From positions 32,001 to 96,000 of the forward strand of contig JBBILD010000006.1 in NCBI GenBank assembly GCA_037445065.1: 64,000 nucleotides of DNA, in the 5' to 3' direction. The translations under genes and the position numbers were made by a program. This DNA is from Myxococcales bacterium. Its GTDB lineage: Bacteria; Desulfobacterota; Binatia; HRBIN30. Shown piece after piece: positions 55,144-64,000 of the stretch (within the stretch, counting starts at the first letter, position 1; the number at the start of each line of letters is the position of its first letter). The notes below the pieces were generated by a model. The model did no database searches and had not been told where the DNA came from. It saw only the letters and a program-made list of their open reading frames with translations.

Positions 55144-56096
55144 GCGAGAAGCCAGCCGGGCAGGGCGAGGACCACGCAGCCCCTGCCGCTGTGCCGCACT
55201 TTGCCGACCGCCTGATCGAGCGCGTGCGTTGGCTTGGCCATCCGCTCTGCCTCGGGCTCGACCCTCACCTCGACCGGTTTCCACCGCTGTTCCGCCGTGG
55301 CTCCATGCAACCGCAGGACCCTGCCACTGCCGACCAGGTGCGCACCTTCTTGCTCGCCGTGCTCGACCGCTACGCGCAACAAGTGGCCGCGGTCAAACCA
55401 CAAGTGGCGTTTTTCGAGCAAATGGGCTGGCGCGGTTGGCAGGTGCTGGAAGCGATTGTGGCGCGCGCCCGCGAACTCGGCTTTCTCGTGATCCTCGACG
55501 GCAAGCGCGCCGATGTGGGTTCGACCGCTGCTGCATACGCATCCTGCTTGCGGCCAGATGCACCGGTGGCGGCAGACGCGCTGACGGTGAATCCGTACCT
55601 CGGGCGCGATGCAGTGCAGCCTTTTCTCGAAGTGGTGCGGACCTTTGGTCGTGGTCTGTTCGTGCTGGTGAAAACCAGCAACCCCGGATCCGCCGATGTT
55701 CAGGACCTCAAGATCGGAGAGCGCTTTTTGTACGAGGTCGTCGCCTCCCTGTGGCAGGAGTCCTGCGCCAGCCTGCGGGGAGCCAGCGGCTGGTCGTCTT
55801 TGGGCGTGGTTGTGGGCGCGACGTATCCAGAGCAAGCGGAGCGAGTGCGCGCACTCCTGCCCGAGGCGTTGTTTTTGGTTCCCGGCTTTGGTGCGCAAGG
55901 TGCCAGCGCCGAGCAAGCCGTGCGCGGCTTCGTACGTGGCCCCAGCGGCATGCGCGAAGGGGGAATCGTGAACGCATCGCGCTCGCTGCTGTTCCCTCCC
56001 GATGCTGCCACCGACAGCGCCCGCACTTGGGAAGCCGCCATAGATCGGGCGCGTGCAACCGCCATCGAAGCCTTGCGCCGGGCTGTGGAAGCTTGA
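55140..56096 (+). CDS. pyrF: Orotidine-5'-phosphate decarboxylase
   Basis: LCLGLDP, VKPQVAFFE, DGKRADVGST, TVNPYLG, KTSNPGS, VVGAT, VPGFGAQG, NASRS. Confidence 0.95.
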   Translation: MSEKPAGQGEDHAAPAAVPHFADRLIERVRWLGHPLCLGLDPHLDRFPPLFRRGSMQPQDPATADQVRTFLLAVLDRYAQQVAAVKPQVAFFEQMGWRGWQVLEAIVARARELGFLVILDGKRADVGSTAAAYASCLRPDAPVAADALTVNPYLGRDAVQPFLEVVRTFGRGLFVLVKTSNPGSADVQDLKIGERFLYEVVASLWQESCASLRGASGWSSLGVVVGATYPEQAERVRALLPEALFLVPGFGAQGASAEQAVRGFVRGPSGMREGGIVNASRSLLFPPDAATDSARTWEAAIDRARATAIEALRRAVEA

Positions 56097-56322
56097 CCCG
56101 TCAGGGCAGGCACGCTTGCCGGAGAGATCGGCGCGGGGAGCAGCTGCTCCGCTTGAGTCGCTCGAAAACCTCGGCCCAGCGAACAAAAGGGAGAGAGCTT
56201 AAAGGGCATGCTCGGTGCCCGTCTGGCCGCGTGTCCACAGGAACATTGTGGATGCGGTTGTGTGCCGCATGTTTCCGGGCCGATGCTTGCTTTGCCTTTG
56301 GCGCCGTTGGTAGAGGCGCGCC

Positions 56323-57840
56323 ATGCAAGCGAGAGGGAGAGGGTGGGTCCGAGCCAGCGGGATCGGGTTTGCGCTAGCGGTCGTCGTGCGCGCCGTGCCG
56401 CTTTGCGCCAGCGACCCCTGCGGGCGCTTTTGCTGGGAGGACGAGCGATTTCGCGGTCAGGTGCGCGCGTCCTATCAAAGCCGGATGGAAGGAGTGAGCA
56501 GCTTTCCGCTCGATCGTTCGGGCACCACGCTGGATTCCAATTTCTTTTTCCTGCCGGTTCTCCGGGTCGGGGCACATCTAGAAAACCGCTACTCGCAGGA
56601 GGTGCTGTGGTCCTTCGACTACGAGCACGATCTGCTTACCGGGACGCAAAACGGGGCACCGGTGGATGCCATCGGTGCCCACCTGCCGAATGGCCGCCGC
56701 ACCCACGACGAAATCCGCCGCTTGTTCTTGCGCACCACCATTCCCGCGGCGCACCTGGTGATCGGCGGTGGCTACACCCTCAGTCACTGGGGCTTGGGCT
56801 TGCTCGCCAACGACGGTGCACACGGCTGGATGCCGGGCAACGCCTATTTTGGCGACCCGCGCAGTGGGGATCGGGTGATCCGTGCCACCATCGGTACCAC
56901 ACCGCTCACTCGTGCCCGGATCGTGCTGCGCGCGGCCTGGGACGACGTGCGCGGGGACGACGTGCTGCTGCGCGGCGACGAGGCCGAACAGTTCATCGGG
57001 AGCGTGCTGGTCGGGCAGGGGTTGGACCATTCCGCTGGGATCTACATTGTGTACCGGCCGCAAGACGCACGCGTACGGCGCGGCTTTGATGTGGTCGTGT
57101 ACGACCTCTTTGCGCAAACCCGCCACGGGCTCGGGAGAGCGGGGTTGTGGACCCTGGGGGGCGAGGTGGCGGTGGTCAACGGCAGCACCTCGCTCGCACC
57201 CACGGTGGATTTTCCCAAGCACGACATCCTGCAAGTGGGCGCCGCGGTGAAGAGCACGCTCGACCGTGGGAATCACGGCTTTGCCTTCGATTTCTTGTTT
57301 GCTTCGGGTGACGAGAATTTCGATGACGAGGAGCAGAACGCGTTCAAGGCGGACCCGAACTTCGAGCTGGGTTTGATCTTGTACCGCTTCGTATTGGCAG
57401 CGCAGACGGCGCGCGCGACCGTAACCGCCGCCGATCCGAACCTCGTGGGTAGGCCGGTGCCCGACCTGGACCGCATCCCCACCCGCGGCGCACCGACCAA
57501 CACCGTGGCGGTTTTTCCGCGTGCTTGGTGGCGCCCGCTCGAGGAACTCACCGTGTATGGCGGTCCGTTGCTGGCGTGGAGCGATGTGCGCCTCGCGGAT
57601 GCGTTCGAGACGCGCATTGCCGGTGGCGACCCGCGCAACGCTCTCGGCGGGCGGCCGGGCCGCTTCTATGGAGCGGAGCTGGACGTGGGTGTGCGCTACC
57701 GCGGCAACTTGCGAGGGTTCGATGTTGCCCTCGGGGGCGAGGGCGGGGTGCTCTTCCCGGGCGGGGCGTTCCGCCGTCTCAGTGGGGGCACCATGAGCGA
57801 AGTGTGGCTCGGCCGAGCCTTTGTCGAAATCGCGTTGTGA
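56323..57840 (+). CDS. Putative outer-membrane beta-barrel protein
   Basis: Signal-like N-terminus; SHWGLGLLANDG, FASGD, YGAELD; amphipathic strands. Confidence 0.65.
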   Translation: MQARGRGWVRASGIGFALAVVVRAVPLCASDPCGRFCWEDERFRGQVRASYQSRMEGVSSFPLDRSGTTLDSNFFFLPVLRVGAHLENRYSQEVLWSFDYEHDLLTGTQNGAPVDAIGAHLPNGRRTHDEIRRLFLRTTIPAAHLVIGGGYTLSHWGLGLLANDGAHGWMPGNAYFGDPRSGDRVIRATIGTTPLTRARIVLRAAWDDVRGDDVLLRGDEAEQFIGSVLVGQGLDHSAGIYIVYRPQDARVRRGFDVVVYDLFAQTRHGLGRAGLWTLGGEVAVVNGSTSLAPTVDFPKHDILQVGAAVKSTLDRGNHGFAFDFLFASGDENFDDEEQNAFKADPNFELGLILYRFVLAAQTARATVTAADPNLVGRPVPDLDRIPTRGAPTNTVAVFPRAWWRPLEELTVYGGPLLAWSDVRLADAFETRIAGGDPRNALGGRPGRFYGAELDVGVRYRGNLRGFDVALGGEGGVLFPGGAFRRLSGGTMSEVWLGRAFVEIAL

Positions 57841-57849
57841 GGGGGAACC

Positions 57850-60800
57850 ATGGAGTGGCTTTTGTGGAGACGCGGACTGGCAACGCTTGCCCTCGCCGGA
57901 GCAATCGCGCTGCAGTGCGGTTGCGGCATGTCGGAGTCGGAGGGAGTGGCGCGCTCGGCTCCGGCGCGCACCACGGTGAAGATGGACTTTTTCCATAAAC
58001 CTCTGCCCGAGATCCCCCTACCCAACGACATCGCCACCATTGTCGACCCTTCCTCTCCGACCGGGCGACGCATCAATGCCTCGATGATCGCTCCCACCGA
58101 GTTCGAGCGTCTGACCCGCCGCAAGATGGATGAACTCGACGGCTGGGGAGTGTTCCAACCCATTACCATTCCGTTCACCGGCCCACTCGACATTGCTTCG
58201 ATCGTCGCCGGCCACCGCGACCCGTTGTACGAGACGGCCAACGACGTCGTGTACCTGATTGACATCGATCCCAAGTCGCCCGAGTTCGGCAAGCTCCACT
58301 ACCTCGACGTCGGCAACGGCAATTATCCGATCGTGCTCGAGCGGCGCGACAATTACTGGGCAAACGACCCGCGCGCCGGCACGATCTCGATTTTGTTCGA
58401 AGAAGTGGACGAAGATACCAACCGTAACGGCCAGCTCGATCCGGGCGAAGACACCGACGCCGACGGCGTGCTCGATCGTCCGAATTACTTTCCCGGGGCG
58501 AACCCCGCGCCGGACGACTTGGCAGCGCGGGCGGACGCGATGATGACCTTTTATGAGCGCGAAACGAACACACTGATCGTGCGCCCGCTCGTTCCGCTGC
58601 GCGAACGCACCACGTACGCGGTGGTGGTGACGCGCCGGATCAAGGACATCCACGGCGAACCGGTCGGCTCGCCCTATCCGGCCATCCACCACACGGCGCA
58701 AACCGAGGCGCTGCGCCCGCTGGCGCGCGTCCTCCCTCACGGCCTCCGCCTCGAAGATGTCGCCTTCGCGTTTACCTTCACGACCCAGTCCATAGAGAGC
58801 AACTGGCGCGCGGTGCGCGAGGGGCTTTACGGCTACGGGCCGCAAAGACACCTTGCGCATGAGTTTCCGGCACGGGTGGAAGCCTTGCTCCCGCTGCGCG
58901 ATCCACAGGCTTTCCCCGGGAGCAAGCGCTTGCACTTGATGTACGGCGAGCAGTGGCTCCAGGCGGCGCGCCCGCTGGCCAGCGCTTTTCTGGGGCTGGA
59001 CCCGAATTCCGAAGAGTACCGGCGCTTGGCGGAGTCGCTGCAGTACGTGGACTACTTCGTCATCGGCACCTATCGCTCGCCGCAGTTGTTCCCCCGTACC
59101 GACGCCTCTGGAAACTTCCTGCCGCTCAATGAGCAAGCCTGGCCCGAGGACCTCGAGCGCGTGCCCGCGGCGGCGCGCAGCGAGACCATTTACTTCACTT
59201 TGGCGGTGCCGCGGAAGGAGGTTTCTGCCCGCCGCGACGGCAGGCCCGCACCGGTGGCGATCTTGAGCCACGGCTACACCGGCAACCGCTTTCCGATCAT
59301 GCAGTTTGCGGGCTTCTTTGCACGCCATGGCTTGGCAACCATTGCCATTGACGGTCCGTCGCACGGCATCGGCCTCACGCCGGAGCAGGAGACCTTGGCC
59401 AAGTCTCTCCTGCGGGCCATGGGTTTGGAAGCCGCCGTGGAGGCGACTTTGAGCGACCGCGCGTTCGACCAAAACGGCGACGGGATCAAAGACTCCGGGG
59501 CCGATTTTTGGAGTGCCTATTTGTTCCACACGCGCGACATCGTGCGCCAGTTTATGCTCGATTACTCCCAGCTCGTGCGCATCCTGCGTAGTTGGGACGG
59601 TCGCCGCACGTGGGATTTCGACCTCGGCGACGACGGCGTTGCGGACGTGGCGGGCGATTTTGACGGGGATGGGCATGTGGATGTCGGCGGCGATGCGCCG
59701 ATCATCATGACCGGTGCGTCGCTGGGCGGAATCATGTCCATGTTGATGGGCGGCGCCGAGCCCGAGATTTCCGCCGTCGCCCCGATCGCGGGTGGCGGTG
59801 GGTACGTGGACATCGGCATGCGCACGGTTCAGGGAGGGGCGTTGGAAGCCTTTGTGCTGCGCATGATGGGCCCGCTCTACGTGGGCACGATCGAGGCGAG
59901 CACTGGCCGGATGAATCTGGGGACCGTGGTGGTGGACCTCAACGACGTTGCGACCCGCCCGTTGGGGTCGGTGGCGGGCATCGAGGTCGGCGACACCATG
60001 GTGGTCGAAAATCTACAAAGCGGTGCACGCGGCTGTGGGCTCACCTTGCCCGGTGGACGGGTGCGTGCCTCGTTGCAGAGCGACCGGGGCGATCCGATCC
60101 GCATTGTTTTTTATCCTGGTCCGGTGCTGGTCCCCGGCACCGAATGCGAAGTGCGGCCCGGAGTGCAAGCGAAAGCGGTCCTGGACCGTTTCCAAGCGGA
60201 CTTCGTCTATCAGGGGCAAACCTTCCGGGCCGGCGAGCCGTTGCGTGCTCTGGAAGACGGCCTGGGGCGCGCCCGCAATACACCTGAGATTCGTCGCCTG
60301 GGCTCGCTCGGGCAGTTGGTGGTGGATCCGGCGGACCCGGTCGTGTTTGCGCGCCATTTGCTGCTCGAACCCCTCGAGTTCCCGTACACGCGCAAGCGAA
60401 CCGGGAGCCACGCGCTGGTGATTACTTCGCAAGGCGACATGAACGTGCCGGCCAGTTCGGGCGTGACCTTCGGACGCGCGGCCGGGCTGATCCCGTTTCT
60501 CGAGGCCGACCCTCGCTACGGCCGCTCTCCGAATCAGGTGCTGATTGACACGTACACTGCCGAGGCCGTGGACAACCTCAAACGCCACATGGACGCGCAA
60601 GGACGTGGCGTGCACCTGGATGTCGAGAACTTCAGCGGTGGCGACGACATTTGGGGTCCCTCGTACCCGCGCCTCGACCCGCCTTTGCGCTTGGGCTTCG
60701 ACCGCTGGGATCCACTGGGCGGGCGCTCAGCCGCGATCTTCCCGCTTACCCGCGACACCGGCGAGCACGGGTTCAGCTTGCCCGGTGCGATGATTGATGA

Positions 60801-61026
60801 CTTCCGCGCCAAGTGCCGCGCCGAATGCCCCATTCCCGGCACTGGCGACCCCTGCAATTGCCGGACGCAAACCAGCTACGACATCGGCTCCTTCTTGATC
60901 AACATGCTCGCCCGTTTCTTGGTGACCAACGGAACGGAACTGAGCGCCGATCTCTGCCAGTCGCGCAACGATTGCCCCGATTATCCCCCACCCCCTCCAC
61001 CGCGCAGCGCCGCGGAGTTGATGTAA
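57850..61026 (+). CDS. Large secreted/lipoprotein alpha/beta-hydrolase (lipase-like)
   Basis: Signal with CGC; IPLPND N-terminal domain; LSHGY, AIDGPSHG, GASLG nucleophile elbow; DxDxDG calcium-type loops; Cys-rich tail. Confidence 0.75.
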   Translation: MEWLLWRRGLATLALAGAIALQCGCGMSESEGVARSAPARTTVKMDFFHKPLPEIPLPNDIATIVDPSSPTGRRINASMIAPTEFERLTRRKMDELDGWGVFQPITIPFTGPLDIASIVAGHRDPLYETANDVVYLIDIDPKSPEFGKLHYLDVGNGNYPIVLERRDNYWANDPRAGTISILFEEVDEDTNRNGQLDPGEDTDADGVLDRPNYFPGANPAPDDLAARADAMMTFYERETNTLIVRPLVPLRERTTYAVVVTRRIKDIHGEPVGSPYPAIHHTAQTEALRPLARVLPHGLRLEDVAFAFTFTTQSIESNWRAVREGLYGYGPQRHLAHEFPARVEALLPLRDPQAFPGSKRLHLMYGEQWLQAARPLASAFLGLDPNSEEYRRLAESLQYVDYFVIGTYRSPQLFPRTDASGNFLPLNEQAWPEDLERVPAAARSETIYFTLAVPRKEVSARRDGRPAPVAILSHGYTGNRFPIMQFAGFFARHGLATIAIDGPSHGIGLTPEQETLAKSLLRAMGLEAAVEATLSDRAFDQNGDGIKDSGADFWSAYLFHTRDIVRQFMLDYSQLVRILRSWDGRRTWDFDLGDDGVADVAGDFDGDGHVDVGGDAPIIMTGASLGGIMSMLMGGAEPEISAVAPIAGGGGYVDIGMRTVQGGALEAFVLRMMGPLYVGTIEASTGRMNLGTVVVDLNDVATRPLGSVAGIEVGDTMVVENLQSGARGCGLTLPGGRVRASLQSDRGDPIRIVFYPGPVLVPGTECEVRPGVQAKAVLDRFQADFVYQGQTFRAGEPLRALEDGLGRARNTPEIRRLGSLGQLVVDPADPVVFARHLLLEPLEFPYTRKRTGSHALVITSQGDMNVPASSGVTFGRAAGLIPFLEADPRYGRSPNQVLIDTYTAEAVDNLKRHMDAQGRGVHLDVENFSGGDDIWGPSYPRLDPPLRLGFDRWDPLGGRSAAIFPLTRDTGEHGFSLPGAMIDDFRAKCRAECPIPGTGDPCNCRTQTSYDIGSFLINMLARFLVTNGTELSADLCQSRNDCPDYPPPPPPRSAAELM

Positions 61027-61050
61027 GGGCGACCGCGCAGTCGCCCCTAC
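61023..61050. repeat. REP-like palindrome between convergent genes (possible bidirectional terminator)
   Basis: GTAAGGGCGAC-CGCGCA-GTCGCCCCTAC; same head as 23928. Confidence 0.65.
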
Positions 61051-61052
61051 TT

Positions 61053-61925
61053 TTACACCTTCCGGCACGGTTCGAGGACTTGCCGTGCGAAGGCCTCGAG
61101 GCCGGGCACCAGTCCGTCCGCGTCGAACGCCGGGGGCGGGATTACCAGCCGCCGGATGCCGAGCGCAGCGTACCGCGCGACGGCGTCACGATCGAGCGTG
61201 AATGCCCCGCAGGTGAGTTCCACTTCTTCCGGGTCACGGCCGATGCGCGCACACTCCGCGCGCAACACCGACAAGAGCCGTGGCAGAGTCTCGAAATCCC
61301 CCTGCGCCGGGAAGAAGCCGTCGCCGAGGCGGGCGGCGCGCCGGGCTGCTGCTTCCGAGTGGCCGCCCACGATAATCGGCACGCCTGGTTGTTGGATGGG
61401 CTTGGGGTTGGATTCCACCGCTTCCCAGGCGAAGAACTTGCCGTGAAAGGGCTCCGTCTCAGGCTTCCACAGGGCACGGATGGCGCGAATCGCCTCGTCC
61501 GTACGGGCCCCACGTTGCTCGAACGGGACGCCGAGGGTGGCGAACTCCTCTGCGAGCCAGCCGCTGCCAATACCGAGAAGCGCGCGCCCCCGGGACAGCA
61601 CATCCAGTGTGGCCACTTCTTTGGCCACGTACGCGGGATGGCGTTGCGGCAGGATCAAGATGCCGGTGCCGAGGCGCAGCTCCTTGGTCAGGGCGGCTGC
61701 GTAAGCGAGCGGCAGCAAAGGGTCGGACAGCGGCACGTTGTCCGGCGCCGGCATCCTGCCGTCGGCACTGTACGGGTATTGGGAGCGATAGCCGACCGGG
61801 ATGACGACGTGCTCGACCGTCCACACTGACTCGAACCCCAGGCGCTCCGCGTGCCGCACGAGGGTTTCGAACAGGTCGGGGTACGCGAACGGGCCCGCAT
61901 TCGCGAACATGAGGCCAAAGCGCAT
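61053..61925 (-). CDS. LLM-class, probably F420-dependent, oxidoreductase (Rv2161c-like)
   Basis: AERLGFESVWTVEHVV, DPL..LAYAAA, LGTGILILPQR, LGIGSGWLAEEF, PKPIQ. Confidence 0.88.
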   Translation of the reverse strand: MRFGLMFANAGPFAYPDLFETLVRHAERLGFESVWTVEHVVIPVGYRSQYPYSADGRMPAPDNVPLSDPLLPLAYAAALTKELRLGTGILILPQRHPAYVAKEVATLDVLSRGRALLGIGSGWLAEEFATLGVPFEQRGARTDEAIRAIRALWKPETEPFHGKFFAWEAVESNPKPIQQPGVPIIVGGHSEAAARRAARLGDGFFPAQGDFETLPRLLSVLRAECARIGRDPEEVELTCGAFTLDRDAVARYAALGIRRLVIPPPAFDADGLVPGLEAFARQVLEPCRKV

Positions 61926-61945
61926 GGGCGACCTCCAGTTCCGCT

Positions 61946-62554
61946 TCAGGCTTGCGCGCTGGGGCGAGCCGACACCTCGGCGTACCAGCGGCTCAGGTTC
62001 TTTTGCTCAGGCTGGATGCGGATGTCCATGATGCGCCCGAAATCAATGCCGCACAGCGCGGTGATGTCGGCAATGGTGTAGTGGTCGCCGGCGATGAATT
62101 TACGGGTGGCGAGTTCCTCGTCCAGCCAGGCCAAGCGTTGCAGTGCCCACTTGCGATTCACCTCGCCCCACTGGGGAACTTGTTCGATGCGGCCCGCAAA
62201 GAAGGGGTGCAAGTTGCGGAACACCTGTGCGATGGGGATAAAGACTTCGAGTTCCATGCGCCGCTGCCACATCTCGACCAGAGCACGCTCGCGCGCGTCG
62301 CGGCCCATTAGGGGCGGTTCTGGATGGAGCTCTTCGAAGTACCGGCAGATGGCCACGCTCTCGGCGATGCACGTCCCGTCATCGAGTTCGAGCACGGGCA
62401 CGGTGCCGAGCGGGTTTTTCTTGCGGAACTCGGGCGAGCGATTGGCGCCCTGCATGAGGTCTACTTGCTCATACGGAACCTGGATGCCCTTTTCGGCGAG
62501 GAACATGCGCACTCGCCGCGGATTCGGCGCCAACTGCGAATCGTAAATCTTCAT
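61946..62554 (-). CDS. Glutathione S-transferase family protein
   Basis: APNPRRVRMFLAEKG, NPLGTVPVLELDDG, ESVAICRY, YTIADI. Confidence 0.93.
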   Translation of the reverse strand: MKIYDSQLAPNPRRVRMFLAEKGIQVPYEQVDLMQGANRSPEFRKKNPLGTVPVLELDDGTCIAESVAICRYFEELHPEPPLMGRDARERALVEMWQRRMELEVFIPIAQVFRNLHPFFAGRIEQVPQWGEVNRKWALQRLAWLDEELATRKFIAGDHYTIADITALCGIDFGRIMDIRIQPEQKNLSRWYAEVSARPSAQA

Positions 62555-62585
62555 CGTCTGCCTCCTTTTTCTCGACGAATTTGCT

Positions 62586-63368
62586 TTACTCGAATTTTCC
62601 GTGCCGGCCTGCGCCTTGTGCAAAGCGTTGTGCACCGGCTAGCGTCTCACCACTGGCCAGAGTGGCGACGCCGTGCCGAAACTCGTTCTGCAACGCCTCG
62701 CGCAGCGCAAGCCCATCCTGCTCGTAGGCCGAGAGGCGATCGTGGCGCAAGCAGCTTTGCGGAAAGCGCGCGATCTCCCGCGCGAGCTGTTCGGCTGACT
62801 CTCGACTCGTACCGTCGGGTACCACACGATTGGCGAGACCCATCTCCAGTGCCTCCCGTGCCGAAACCGGCCGCCCTGTGAGGATGAGGTCGAGGGCGCG
62901 GCCGAGTCCGATCAGGCGCGGCAGGCGTACGGTGCCGCCGTCAAGCAGCGGCACGCCCCAGCGGCGGCAGAAGACACCGAACACTGCCGACTCCTCGACC
63001 ACGCGCAGATCGCACCACAGCGCCAGTTCGAGTCCGCCAGCGACGGCATAACCTGCCACCGCGGCGATGACCGGTTTGCTGAGCAGCATGCGCGTGGGAC
63101 CCATCGGGCCGTCGCCTTCCTCGCGCACCTCATTCCCCATGCCCTCGGCTACCGCCTTGAGATCCGCTCCGGCGCAAAAGTTCCCCCCTTCGCCCCAAAG
63201 CACCGCCACCAGGGCGTTGGGATCTGTGTCGAAAGAACGAAAGGCATCCGCGAGAGCGCGCGCGGTGTCTCGGTCCACCGCATTGCGGCGATGCGGTCGG
63301 GAGAGGACGACGGTCCACACCTCGCCCGCCCGTTCGATGCGTACCGCTTGGTTCTGCGATGCACTCAC
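62586..63368 (-). CDS. Enoyl-CoA hydratase/crotonase family protein
   Basis: RNAVD, FCAGADLK, KPVIAAVAGYAVAGGLELALWCDLR, GVPLLDGGTVRLPRLIG. Confidence 0.93.
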   Translation of the reverse strand: MSASQNQAVRIERAGEVWTVVLSRPHRRNAVDRDTARALADAFRSFDTDPNALVAVLWGEGGNFCAGADLKAVAEGMGNEVREEGDGPMGPTRMLLSKPVIAAVAGYAVAGGLELALWCDLRVVEESAVFGVFCRRWGVPLLDGGTVRLPRLIGLGRALDLILTGRPVSAREALEMGLANRVVPDGTSRESAEQLAREIARFPQSCLRHDRLSAYEQDGLALREALQNEFRHGVATLASGETLAGAQRFAQGAGRHGKFE

Positions 63369-63410
63369 GGAGGTCTCCCAAGCACGTGGTTGGTGTGTAC
63401 GCAGTTGGTC

Positions 63411-64000
63411 TCAGGCCGTGCTGCGGACGAAATTCACTACTACCTGGGCGAGTTCCTCGCCCTGGTCTTCTTGCAGAAAGTGACCAGCCCCCTGGATCGT
63501 GGTATGCGGCTGCCCTTGCGCACCGGGGATCTCGCGTTGGAGCACTTCGTCGGCTCCGCGCGTGATCGGATCGGAATCACTGAAGGCAGTGAGGAACGGC
63601 TTGCGCCAGCGGCGCAGCGCTTCCCAAGCGCGCCGATTGGGAGCCGAGGCAGGATCATCGGGTCGGGTCGGCACCAGCATCGGAAACTGGCGGGCTCCCG
63701 CCTTGTAGCGCTCTTCGGGGAATGGCGCTTCGTAGGCGCGGATCACTTCGGGCGGAAGAGTGGTCACGCAACCCATTTGGATGATCTGTCCGATTGGCAG
63801 CTCCTCGACTTCCTGAGAAAAACGCTGCCAAGCAAAAAAGGCGGGTGAAGGAGCCTGGTCGCCGGTCGGCAGGAAGGTATTGGCCGCCACTACCCGATCG
63901 AAGCGGTGGCCGTGTTCCGCTACTAGGCGCAGGCCGATGAGCCCGCCCCAGTCCTGGCACACGAGCGTGATGTGGTCGAGATCGAGCGTTCCGATGAAGC
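63411..64000 (-). CDS. Haloalkane dehalogenase; N-terminus lies outside the window
   Basis: LVCQDWGGLIGLR nucleophile elbow, AYEAPFP, GARQFP, FSDSDPIT, GAGHFLQED. Confidence 0.87.
   Translation of the reverse strand, partial: FIGTLDLDHITLVCQDWGGLIGLRLVAEHGHRFDRVVAANTFLPTGDQAPSPAFFAWQRFSQEVEELPIGQIIQMGCVTTLPPEVIRAYEAPFPEERYKAGARQFPMLVPTRPDDPASAPNRRAWEALRRWRKPFLTAFSDSDPITRGADEVLQREIPGAQGQPHTTIQGAGHFLQEDQGEELAQVVVNFVRSTA

Overview
GC-rich bacterial chromosomal window, mostly housekeeping. Gene content (a dockerin-like 'GDCNGDG' secreted protein, an LLM/F420-type oxidoreductase, a deltaproteobacterial-type lipid A operon) suggests Candidatus Binatota or a related lineage; this is inference only. 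Left part: a ZMP/ZTP (pfl) riboswitch ahead of a class-V aminotransferase, folE, a homoserine-kinase-like protein with a degenerate active site, queE, glycerate kinase, dksA, then valS-nadC-birA-coaX-coaX-EF-G2. Middle: a CarH/LitR-type B12-binding MerR regulator with a tandem-repeat operator over its -35 box, heading a furan-fatty-acid-like cluster (flavin desaturase, DUF1365, Cfa-type methylase) plus an acyl-CoA ligase, a lipoprotein and a CDP-alcohol phosphatidyltransferase. Next come lysS-lolC/E-lolD-bamA on the minus strand, tRNA-Leu(CAG), accessory genes including a bufferin-like MNIO (DUF692) RiPP cluster, and the skp-fabZ-lpxA-lpxI-gnnA-lpxB-msbA-waaA-lpxK LPS operon. Right part: a monoheme cytochrome/beta-barrel fusion, yjbQ, pyrF, a beta-barrel plus large lipase-like lipoprotein pair, and a minus-strand catabolic/detoxification run. 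Intergenic GTAG-type REP palindromes and heptamer tandem repeats recur. I saw no CRISPR array, rRNA, integrase or transposase. All calls come from reading motifs by eye; no searches were run.
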